Of a DNA stretch of 64,000 nucleotides, positions 1 to 10,275 are shown piece after piece. The DNA is from Dudresnaya verticillata (Eukaryota): NCBI GenBank assembly GCA_977862235.1, contig OZ374559.1, positions 1,364,001 through 1,428,000 of the forward strand, in the 5' to 3' direction. The notes beneath the pieces were generated by a model, which made no database searches, had not been told where the DNA came from, and saw nothing but the letters and a program-made list of their open reading frames with translations. The position numbers and the translations under genes were made by a program. Positions within the stretch are counted from its first letter, which is position 1; each line of letters opens with the position of its first letter.

Positions 1-1173
1 AGCAATGCCTGTGGTGCAACGGCAAGGGGGCCGCCGAAAGGAAGAAAATCGACGGGGCAACTGTACGATCGGCCCAACCAAACGAAGACAGGTGGCCAAC
101 GAAGTCGAGCCGTCGGCGCGCGGACGGCGGTCAGCGCGCGCAAGTATGATACGTGGCCACCAGCTGTACACGTGGCTCACACGTGGCCACCTACGACACT
201 GAAGCGCACCACGTGTCCTGCTGTACATGTATGATCCGGTTCGCGGCCGGACACAAATGGAAATTGGATTTGGCCGCAAGGTGAATCCAAGAGAAGACAG
301 TGGAAAAATCAAGGGAAAATCTAACTCGCATGGCCAACCACTAACGAACAAGTACTTGGTTTAGTCTGGTAAGGGTACAGCATTGGCCCGACGCCGGAAC
401 ACAAGTAGATAATATGGCCGACCGGAGTAACCTCGGCCACTAACTGTAGAATAGCTCTAGATTAGCTCAGATGGCCGATTTTGGGCCTACTTAGCTGGCC
501 ACACACTACGGCTAAGCCGAAAAAGGTACGAAGCCGTCCCGCCAGAGGTTGGGAGTAAAGTTAGCAACTGAACCCCCGACTTGGCCATTCTCCGTCCTTA
601 TCACGGATTCTGGCCACGACTTCGTCTGCGCGCTCCCGCTCTACCACGCTTGCTACCGGCGCGCAGGTCCGTTCTACGTTCTGGCCAGTTTTGGTCAAAT
701 CCGACAGGTCTTTGTGGTCTTCTTGGGGTCTCGTTGTGCTGCCGTACGCGGTGGTGCTCTAGAGATACTACAATGCCCACGCGTCGTGGGACAGACGGAC
801 GGACCGCCTGCGCATCCCCGCGCACCGCCGCGCACCGTCGCGCGCATCCCCGCGCATCGTCGCGCGCCGCCCGCGCGCCTCCCGCGTCCCGCGCACATCG
901 TCGCGCGGCGCCCGCGCGCCGCCCGCGTCCGGCTTCACTCGCCAACAGGGGAATACCCCCAAGCTTAGCGCTTTATTTTTGGGAACACCCACGCGCTAGA
1001 CGCGACTTGCTACTACGCGAGTCAAACGCGCTGGCGCTCGCCCCTACGTGTCTACACGCCACTACAGCGACCCCGCTAGAGGTCGCCGTAGTCTACCAGA
1101 TCGTGGTCCTCCGCCGCCGCGGCGTCACCCTCGACCTCGACGTAATCGTCCAGGTCAGGTGACGCCGTCGCCC

Positions 1174-3183
1174 CTACCACATCGGGATCACCCGCGTCGG
1201 CCATTTCGACGTCCCCCGCTCCCGCTTGCGCGTCGCCGGCCCCGTTACGCTCAACGCGTGGGACAGGGGGAGGCTGGCTGCGCAGCAACGGGGCCGCCAT
1301 GGACTTCTCGGCCAACGAACGGGAACACCCGTACTCTTGGGGATCTCCCCGTCCTTGGCGCTACCAGCAGCAGAAGCTGCCGCCGCCCCCACCCGCTCAC
1401 GGCGCGCGTTGTTCGCCGCCGCGATGGCTGCGGGGGTGACGACGCCGCTGGGCCCAATCGGGGATAACCCCTGCGCCATCCAAGCAGGCACACCTGCTGG
1501 CAGCGCCGACGCCGGGGTCGGCTCGCTAAGCGATACCGTATCGCCCCCGGCGTCCTCACAGTTAGCGGCAGGATCCTCCTGAGCCGCTACGGTACCATTG
1601 GGGCTCACCCCTCCCACAGCGGACGAACCGCCTGGAGCTGCACCGCGAACGCGCGCGAGCAACCCTTCACGTGTTAACACGTCGTCCACCGCCACAATGC
1701 CAGCCTCCTCAAGGAAGCGGCGTACAACCGCAAGGTCCGGTTCGCCGGGGGCGGCTACCGTAGGCGGTGACACGGGAACTCCCGATTTAGGAACCGACCC
1801 ACCAGACGCGGTAGGCGCGTTGTCCGCCGCGCTTTCGGCAGGCGCAATGGCGCCGTCGCCCGTGGGTGATCCCATTTCCTCATCCGACTCGGCCGCGATG
1901 GCCGAGTCGGCATGCTGGGCTGCCTCGAACGGCGGCACCATGTCTGGTGAAAACACCCAACCACGCAAGTGGCCCCTCGGGATTGCCCGTCGCTGGTTGC
2001 GCAAGGACGCCGCCTGGTCGGCGTCCACAAACTCACGCGTCCACGCGTTAAACCACACCCAGTCGCCGCACACATTGTGACGGCGACCAGGTGCAAGGAT
2101 ACGGTGTTCACGCCTTTGGGAAGTTCCCTGCGCCCTTCCGGCTCTCCGGTTAGTCGACGGCACGTCGCTGGGGTCGTCCCAGTCGATCGTGCCGTAGATG
2201 CTTAACAGGGAGTAAAACTCCTCCGCGCTCGCGCGACTGCCGAGAACCTCGCGCAGGGCGAGCCGGTTGAAACGTGTTAACACGGGGGCGGGGACGTGCC
2301 ACATACGATAAGTGTCGTAGCACTCCCAAAGCCACGAGGCGGCGAACTCCGCCACCCACTCCGTGTAGAACACGCGCCAAAAGGGTGAACCCAAATCGTC
2401 CATTAGGTCCTTGCCTCGGTAGGACAGGACGGAAGGAAGCTCCACAAGCATGCCGTCGGGCGCTTCCCACTGAGCCCAGCCCGGCGGGAAGCGCACATAC
2501 AGGCGCGGCAGGACGTCGCGCCGGACGCGCTCGATCTCGACGTTTTGGTAGGGAACGAGCACGGCGTGGCGCTGCCGTGCCTCACGTTCCCACCGGATGC
2601 CCCGGTCGAAGAACGGGTAATCCCGCTTACGAACGTAGTGGAATTCCGCCATCAACCGCTGCCCCCCAAACAAGGAGTCGTCTCCAATATCTTTGACGTC
2701 CCCTCGCCACGCCGGTGGCAGCGGTCGGTCGAGCAGACGATACACGTAGGGGATATCCCCGTCTTGTCGATAGAACATGGGGTCTACCTCCACTTCGTAC
2801 TCCACCGGCACGCTGCACGGCGGCCGGTAGAGACGCTGATGCGTGAGCTTCACGAAGGACGCCCGCGCGTGCGACGCCGTCTCATGCCCGCGACGGCGCA
2901 CGCATGACGCGGGCATGGCGCCGTACAGCTTCCAGCTGTTGCGATCGACGCCATACAAGGGGATATCCCCAGGCAACCAGCCATTATGGGAGTACAACTC
3001 CAGCACTTCGTGGTTACTCACGTATTGCGGATGCATCCAGGGCGCCCTCGCGAACAGCCCTGGATGTTCCAACGGGGTTTTCCCCAGGTAATCGTTGGGA
3101 GCAGGAAACGATACCTGCTCCGACGGGGCGTTGATGACAACGCCCCCAAGCAGTAAGCTGCCATCCGCGTTGTACTGCGGCAT
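1174..3183 (-). CDS. Uncharacterised antisense ORF of an LTR retrotransposon (~670 aa from MPQYNADG; probable frameshifted C-terminus in 1076-1315)
   Basis: ORF track 1174..3699 is open. The first ATG giving protein-like sequence is at 3183. The Trp/Tyr-rich globular region is followed by an Ala/Pro/acidic tail. It lies immediately upstream of a PPT+LTR (3421-4899), in the opposite orientation. Confidence 0.65.
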   Translation of the reverse strand: MPQYNADGSLLLGGVVINAPSEQVSFPAPNDYLGKTPLEHPGLFARAPWMHPQYVSNHEVLELYSHNGWLPGDIPLYGVDRNSWKLYGAMPASCVRRRGHETASHARASFVKLTHQRLYRPPCSVPVEYEVEVDPMFYRQDGDIPYVYRLLDRPLPPAWRGDVKDIGDDSLFGGQRLMAEFHYVRKRDYPFFDRGIRWEREARQRHAVLVPYQNVEIERVRRDVLPRLYVRFPPGWAQWEAPDGMLVELPSVLSYRGKDLMDDLGSPFWRVFYTEWVAEFAASWLWECYDTYRMWHVPAPVLTRFNRLALREVLGSRASAEEFYSLLSIYGTIDWDDPSDVPSTNRRAGRAQGTSQRREHRILAPGRRHNVCGDWVWFNAWTREFVDADQAASLRNQRRAIPRGHLRGWVFSPDMVPPFEAAQHADSAIAAESDEEMGSPTGDGAIAPAESAADNAPTASGGSVPKSGVPVSPPTVAAPGEPDLAVVRRFLEEAGIVAVDDVLTREGLLARVRGAAPGGSSAVGGVSPNGTVAAQEDPAANCEDAGGDTVSLSEPTPASALPAGVPAWMAQGLSPIGPSGVVTPAAIAAANNARRERVGAAAASAAGSAKDGEIPKSTGVPVRWPRSPWRPRCCAASLPLSHALSVTGPATRKRERGTSKWPTRVIPMW

Positions 3184-3430
3184 CGTGTGGTCACGTTTAA
3201 CCAGCGGGTCGAGCCCAAGGTGTTGAGCGGCAAACCGCGTACGCTGAACGCAATGCACGCGCGTGCAACGTTGCAACTCAGCCACCGCTCGCGCGGGTCG
3301 GCTATGGGCGGACGGGCGGTTGACTGCTAGGACGACGGAGATTACTCCCAGTGTTGAAAGCCGCGTGGCACAAAAACAAGGAGTGAGTTCCAGGACTTGG
3401 CGTCGCGGTCGCGTCTTAGCGAGGGGGGTG

Positions 3431-4899
3431 TGTGGTGCAACGCCCAGGCCCTCTCCGAGCTGGGGGTTGATAACCCCATTTTTGCGCGTGATCGCTCGCG
3501 CGCGTCCGCGACGCGCGCCGCCAAGCTGGGCTTTCCCATTGGACCGTGGCTGACCACTACCGCGGGCCCGCGCCCACACTTGGAGCTTTCCCCCGCCGTC
3601 GCCTTTACAGGGCCGCACTCGCCGCCTTACAGCCACCGCCACGCAAGCGCGCGCAAGACACGCGCAACACACGTGACACGTGCACACGCACACACGCACG
3701 CGTCATTACAAGTCTTACAGCGTGCTGGTGTCGGTGTACGTACAGTAGGTACACTGTGCTACTGTAGTGTTAGTTTATTGTACTCTAGTGTTAGTTTATT
3801 TGCTAGTGTACAGTAGCCCTAGTCGCCACCGCCGCGGCGCCGCCGCCGGCGGTGGGACTTAAGGGGCTAGGACCGACCTCCTACAGTAAACCCAACCAAG
3901 CTTCGGCTCCACACTTAGGGTACCCCTACCTCCGTGCGCTTGGCGAGTGAAGCCATCGCGGAGCTGGGCTACGTATGCCTGTGGTGCTGACACCTTTTCT
4001 ACCTTCGTGTTCACACGCTTGTTGTGCCGGTGCCCCCACCTTCTGGCTCACTGCGTGCTCACACGGCTTTGGTGTGTGTTTACAGTCCGCACACTGGGGC
4101 CTTCCCCTTGCTCTACCCTACCACGCACTGACGCGCTCACACGCGTCACCGCGGCTACCCTCCCACGTCGGACTCGTGGGTTGTGTTGGTTGCGACCCTC
4201 ATTCGGAGGGTTGCACTACAGTAAACTCCCGGCAAGCCGGCCTTGGTCCAGACTTTCCCGTTCCGCACGCGCGTACCCTTCGCTACCGCTGCCTACGGCC
4301 TAAGCATCTACCTCCCGTGCTTCCACGTCCATTACCGTCGCAGACGTGTCTTCCTTTGGGTTTTCTTTGTTCCCTTTTCTTCCGCCTTGCGCGTTTACAG
4401 TCCGCCCCTGGCGTGTTCCAAGCTCTACCACCTACCGCGGTAGGCGGAGTCCGGCGGGTAGCGCGTCTAGAGACGCGTCTCTATTGCTATCTAAGGACAT
4501 ATCATAACTGCATTGCACAGTATTAGCTAAGTATTAGCATTAGAGCTCTAACTGAGCTAGTAGCACCTTTTCGGCTCTCGCCGTATTTACGGGGCCCCTG
4601 AGTAGCAGGGGCACGGCACTAAACCGCCAGCGGTCTGTGCCTTGGGTTTTCCCCTTTTTGGAGACTTACGGTGCTACCGCTACAAACCCCCTCGGGCGTC
4701 TACAAGCCCACTCGTCTACGACGAACTGCTCTATACGGCTGGTTTCGACTCCCCCTTTCCCCTCTTCTTAGGGCTTTAAGCCCTATCAAGTCTCTACCAA
4801 ACCCCTTTACCGAGCTACCATCTACGCAGTGGAGTATCTTCTAAGACAGCTCTCTTGTTGTGTTGTTGTCCTCGTTGACTTAGAAGTCATTCTACTACA
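3431..4899 (+). mobile_element. 3' LTR of a Ty3/Gypsy-type element (family related to the 46-54 kb element)
   Basis: Purine tract GAGGGGGG at 3421-3428, then TGTGGTGCAACG, ending ...CTACTACA at 4899. 4487-4899 is highly similar to 46338-46750, which precedes a PBS and gag-pol. The start could be 3429 or 3431. Confidence 0.75.
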
Positions 4900-6009
4900 G
4901 GTGCATCCGCCACTACAGGTGCATCCGCCACCAAGTCGCCTAACTGGAATGAAATTCCCCTATTTAAATTGTACTGACTGTATTAATCTTCGTACCTATA
5001 ATCACAGACTAACTTAGACCCCCTTTCGGGCTGATAGACTTTTCGGCTGTCAAGCCCTACTTATGGGCACTGGAATAGCCGGCGCCCTCAGAATAAACGC
5101 CCCGCGGAGTTGTTCGGAAAGTGCTAACCTTTTGGTCGTTCCACAGTTCGGACGCTCCGCGCCTGCAGAGGTCGTCCAGTACAGGCCCGGAAATCGATCG
5201 ATACGTACTCTACGAAATACCGGGTCGCAACCTCTATATTTTCCCTCAGTCGGTCGCGCCGAGTCTTTGCCGCGCTTCCGCAACCCCCTTTTCGGGCCGT
5301 CAGGTCTCGCTACGGGCATCACGGACGCACTACGCAGCTAGAGTAAAACCTCTGGAATAAGAGCCTTTTAGAACCCCGTTTTTAACGATTTTTCAAGGAA
5401 GAAGCCTATGTATCTTTCTGCTGGTCTTCCTACCCTCTATCAGACGTGCAAGCACCACAGCTTCCGAACAGAAATAAATTGCCTACTTATTGAACTGCCG
5501 TGCACTAGCAAAAAAGCGTTAAAATAGGTCGGGTTACACTACTTCTGAGCCCACTTTGCCGTACCTACATTCTCGTTCGTGTCTACTCCGTATTTGGCCC
5601 GACATGTTCGATGGCAGGCGAAGAAAAAAGAATATTGTAAATTGGATTAATGCATACGCCTGCCTCATTTGAGGCCAACTCTGGCCTAAGGTGAGGCAAA
5701 ACGTCGGTCGAATTTGGAGAAGAAAAGTGCGCTTTGCACTGATTCCGTGCTGCGCAAAACATAGTGCGCTGCTATCTGGGCAGCAGCAACAGAGCCTTCG
5801 AAAAAACAAGAAGTGAGAATCGATCGCAGTTGCTGCTCGTTAGGGGTCGCCTCGGCCAGATCTGAACGCCCACTCGTGCAGCCAGCAGACTGCAATGCGG
5901 ACTTCTGGACATCTTCTGGAGGGTGTGAGGGGCACGTCATTCCGTAGGGACATATTAAGGTTGGAGGGGCCGAAACGAAAGGGACCCCTTTCGTTCCGGC
6001 ACCCCGGGG

Positions 6010-6699
6010 TGTGTTACAATGAGCACCCAGGGGCTGTTAGCACGTACACGTGTTTGGCGCCTGTAATTCGCGGGTAATATTGCGCGTGGCATGCGCCTGT
6101 AAGGCGCCGCACGTACCGACGCACTGTAAGTCCCAATACATTGCTGGCCACTCTGGATGGCATTGCTGGGAACAGCACGACGCCAATGAGATGTCTAGCC
6201 GTGATTGGCTGATTTATCAAGGCCTTACCTGCAGGATCGCGTCCGAGTCATAAGCACCTTACGTGCGCAGGGCGGAGTAGGACCGTTCACTACCTCATTG
6301 TAATTATTAACGCTAACGTCAATAACTTAGAAGAGGAATAGCGGCGAAGGCGCTTTCGGTCTTCGCCATATTTATTGCGCCCCTGACTAGCAGGGGTCTG
6401 CTGAATAGAACTCTACGGTGGGTTTCGGGTCAGTACCCTTTCTTTGGCCTACACGTGCTCACCGTACTCCCCCTTCCAGGTGCTTCACAATCTTTAGCCT
6501 CGTACGGCTTTGTACTCTACGAGTGTTAGGGCAGCGCCGCCCCTTTTCCCTTTCTTTCAGAAACGCTAGCCTTTTTCCCTTTTCCCCAAAGTCTCTACCA
6601 ACTCCCCATTTGAGCTACCCTCGTTAGGGTGTGTGCGCGCACAGGACAGCTGTCCTTGCCGTTTAGCGGGCTACTGGCTCGTCGCGCCATACTACTACA
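6010..6699 (+). mobile_element. Solo LTR (690 bp), copy 1
   Basis: TG...CA termini (TGTGTTACAATG...CTACTACA) and co-linear with 14025-14714. Flanks CGGGG/GGGGG form an imperfect 5-bp TSD. Strand is assumed from the shared ...CTACTACA end with the other LTR family. Confidence 0.85.
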
Positions 6700-7015
6700 G
6701 GGGGGTTGAGCGAATGTGAGCTTACATTAGTATTAATGGCATTTCGAGCCTGCGCTGAAAATAATTTACAAGAAAACAAGAATAGGCGTTACGAAGAGGC
6801 ACAAGGAGCGTCGGCGGCGGGCGCGACAAGTGGGCATATCAGCTGACATCAGCACTCGACTGAGCAGTCCTGCCTCCCGCCCTTGCCGTTCCATTGATCG
6901 ACCTGCATCGGCACGCGCTCCGCAGTACGTCTTTTCTTTGTCAGGGAGACTGAGAAATTGGTAACAATATCTACGAGGTTCTGTACAGCTTTACCTGGAT
7001 GCTACTCAACAAATC

Positions 7016-8266
7016 CTAACGTGTACTCACAATCCCAGATGTAATTTGAACCACTAATCCATCCTCCCGCAAGACCCAGAGCGTCCCGCCAACATTGGAC
7101 TCGGTCACTCCCAGCCGTTCGTAGTTTCGTCCATCCGTGAGCGTTCCGTACACCCCGACTTCGCTCACATCTACCCCATTCAAGTTCCCATTAACCCTCT
7201 GCCATGAGTCTCCGTCGGGATTGGCACTTGTGATACCGACTCGCACATATATTCTCAGGTTATCGTCAAGAGCCCACACAGAATAGGGACCCACAGATAG
7301 CGATCTGAACGGAATACCACCCCCATTAGCCAGTAAGGACCAACCTGTCCCACCAGGGTTGGAAGCCGTCACACCCTGCCGTCGAAACACGTTCTTTTTG
7401 ATGTTAATGCCCCAAACACCCGCACCTCCAACGTCCATCGACAATTCTTTCCTCCCGTCCACCTTTTGCCATCCAGTCCCGCCCGGACTTGCAGTGCTGA
7501 GCCCTGTGCGGAAGAATATGTCTCCGACACTGTCGAGTACCCATAAAGTATCTTTCCCGGAAGCTACTTGCATCAATTTCCGAGTGGTATCAGCCCGTAT
7601 CCATCTTGTTCCTCCTGGAACGGCAGTCGTGATGCCTTGACGATAGTACGCAAAGTCGTCTCCTCCTACTCCCCAGACACCAACACCACCAACAGAAATG
7701 TAACTGAGAAAGCCAGCAATCGAACTCCAGGCTGTGTCTGCTGCGTTGCGAACGACAACGTTATTTCTAGCTGGAAGGGTCTGAGCCCAGATGGAGGACA
7801 ACGGCGTAGTAGGCGTAGTGGTTGTCGGAGGGACTGTTGGTATTTCACAAGAGCTTGTTTCAAGTTGTGTACAAGTGGTGCCTTGATTCCTGCACCTTGC
7901 CGGTCTCATACAAACGGTTCCTGCTGGACAAAATGAACCTTGCGTGCAAAAGGAGAAGCTACCGAATGTAGGTGTGGAACCTCCTCTACATTGAGCGCCG
8001 CACTTAAGCGCAGGATTTGGAGTCGGGGTGGGAACCCCACTGGCGCAAATGGCTTTGACAGAGCCCCTGCAAAAGCCAGCAAAATAGCCCCTGAGCTGAA
8101 CGCCGGTACACTGGCCTGTCACTTTGCAAATTGGCCTGGAGGCCGGGCAAAAGAACATGGCACATTTTGCTGTGGTAGCACTGCATTCTGAACCACAACG
8201 GCTATCTGCAAGTACTGATGTGGTCAGAGAGGCGAAAAGGAAGAGCAACACAAGTGAGGGCTGCAT
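7016..8266 (-). CDS. Secreted protein: signal peptide, Cys-rich N-terminal modules, Pro/Thr linker, tectonin (TECPR/Hyd_WA-like) beta-propeller repeats; putative lectin
   Basis: MQPSLVLLFLFASLTTSVLA reads as a signal peptide. Repeats such as ISVGGVGVWGVGGDDFAYYRQGITTAVPGGTRW, VGGAGVWGINIKKNVFRRQGVTASNPGGTGW and VGPYSVWALDDNLRIYVRVGITSANPDGDSW follow. A TATA-like CTATATAT lies ~75 bp upstream. The ORF is uninterrupted. Confidence 0.85.
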   Translation of the reverse strand: MQPSLVLLFLFASLTTSVLADSRCGSECSATTAKCAMFFCPASRPICKVTGQCTGVQLRGYFAGFCRGSVKAICASGVPTPTPNPALKCGAQCRGGSTPTFGSFSFCTQGSFCPAGTVCMRPARCRNQGTTCTQLETSSCEIPTVPPTTTTPTTPLSSIWAQTLPARNNVVVRNAADTAWSSIAGFLSYISVGGVGVWGVGGDDFAYYRQGITTAVPGGTRWIRADTTRKLMQVASGKDTLWVLDSVGDIFFRTGLSTASPGGTGWQKVDGRKELSMDVGGAGVWGINIKKNVFRRQGVTASNPGGTGWSLLANGGGIPFRSLSVGPYSVWALDDNLRIYVRVGITSANPDGDSWQRVNGNLNGVDVSEVGVYGTLTDGRNYERLGVTESNVGGTLWVLREDGLVVQITSGIVSTR

Positions 8267-9233
8267 GCTGAGGAGTTCGGTGGGGATGTGAAGAGTGTGA
8301 AGCGGGCGATATGACGCGGGGGGCTTTGGGTTTAAGCGGAATATATAGCATTGCGGATTATGCAACGAGCCTGTCTGCAAGCGGTGTTAGGGCTCGGTAG
8401 ACACAGAAGAGATGTGAACCGAAAGAAAGGTGGTGGTGGGTGTGGAGGAAGGGTGGTCCTGCGGACCGACGTATATAGCGGGGCATATTTAGGGGAAGGC
8501 GTTCTTGGAAATGCCCTGAGAAAACAGCGTGCGGGTAATCAGTATGGTGGGAAGCAAAGCAGGTGTCGATGTGCAAAGCGTAACACAAAGGAAAGCCTTC
8601 TAGAAGCATGCAGCCAACAAAAACAGTCTTCCTTTGCAATATATGTTGTGTGGACTTGGCTCACTCAAAGGGCTGCGCAGAACTGTACATGTAATAATTA
8701 ACTCACTACACGTAGTTTGGAGGTGGCTTTGGATGCAAGTTGCCTGCCCAAAGTGTGCTGGCAGTACCAAACTACCGTACTGTATGAGGTATCTTTCGGA
8801 GGCTAACATTGCCTGCGGCACACACCGAATAGTGCATGACCGGCATGCGTGTGTGACATCTGACAGAATTCCCCTCTCGACAAATTAGTAGAAAACACGA
8901 TTGAATAAATACCGGAGGCCGTAACAGGAACATCTGGTGCTGGGACCCCCCATGCAGCGATATGTGCACTGAAGGCACCGCCTGGGGGTGCCACTTGCGC
9001 GCAACCACTGGCGCGCTCGCGCTCGCGCAAGCCACGCCTCAACACTTTGCGGGCGTTCAGCAGTAACAGATGGCAGATCACAAGAACGAGAGATCAGATC
9101 AGTCTGCGACACGTCTGGGAGCATTTGGCTGGCCCTTTCCCACCCTCGTCACCCGCAGCCTCCCGCGTTACTCTGCAACAGTAGCCCCAAGGGGCACGGT
9201 GCTCTTGCATATGCCCCTTTGTTGCCCGCCAAA

Positions 9234-9309
9234 GAAGACCTAAACTGGTTTTAGTGTTTATGAATATGAATACGTTTATGAATAAACACTAAACCCAGTT
9301 TAGGTCTTC
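9234..9309. repeat. Short inverted repeat (~28-bp arms), hairpin/MITE-like relic
   Basis: GAAGACCTAAACTGGTTTTAGTGTTTAT ... ATAAACACTAAACCCAGTTTAGGTCTTC. Confidence 0.8.
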
Positions 9310-10275
9310 ATAAACTTATGAGCGACTTAAAAAACACAAACACCATAACTTGTTCACAAGCCATGGTTCAGAGCCTCACAAGACCAATCCGGGGAGGCAC
9401 GGTGAGCAAGGTGTATGGCGCCTTACTTTTGTCCGAAGATCGGACGATCCCATCTGACGGCCGTTGCTGCTTTCCTCTACTGGATGACACCCACTGCAGA
9501 ATCAAAAAGCACTGCTCCAATTTTGACCATGCCTGCATGTTCTCCGTGACCCCCAATCATTCATTACATTTGTCTCGGAAGCAATAACCCAAAACCTGTA
9601 ACCGATTGCAGCTTGCATCAACATAACATACCTCTGTAATCAGTACATGAGTATTGTACAAACAAAAAGAATTGCCACTGTGCCACACATGCTGCTTAGC
9701 TATGTTGAGTAGAGTATCGTGCTCTTGCCAATGTGCATGCACTTTAGTTACTCCAAGCCCGCCCATCAACCATCCCCAAAGACCTGCTCCCAAGTGTATG
9801 CAGATGCCCGATACATAAAGAACGCCGTCAAGTTGGCGGCGCCAACCTCTCCTCCAGCTCATTTGCAGTACCCACTAGTAGTCGCGTTGTTGACGATTCC
9901 TGAGTAACATTACTGAGCAACCTTTCAATAGCCATCTTTTCGAACAGCGTCTTTCCCCACCGGATGCAGTACATACTGCATCTTGACTACTTCGGTGATA
10001 CAACGTGTCTCACACAGCGCATCCACAGCCGCCGACTCCAAAAAGTGCATCATTGCGCTTCAAAGTTGTCCCTGATCGAACGTGCATCTTTCGACTTGCT
10101 ACTCGCCTTTCGCGCAAATAGCCCCGAATGGTCTCGCGGTATACACAGGTCCATACATACTTTACAACTTCAAAATCTATGGTGTGAGGTTATAAACGGT
10201 TCCTTTGTGCCTGCCTTCTGTTTGTTTTGCCAACTTCCCGCCTGACCTGCCGCCCTCTCCGCACTCCACCCGAAA

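Noticed and set aside
549..2080. Many overlapping Arg/Ala/Pro-rich ORFs
   Set aside because: These are by-products of very high GC content and of the opposite-strand long ORF.
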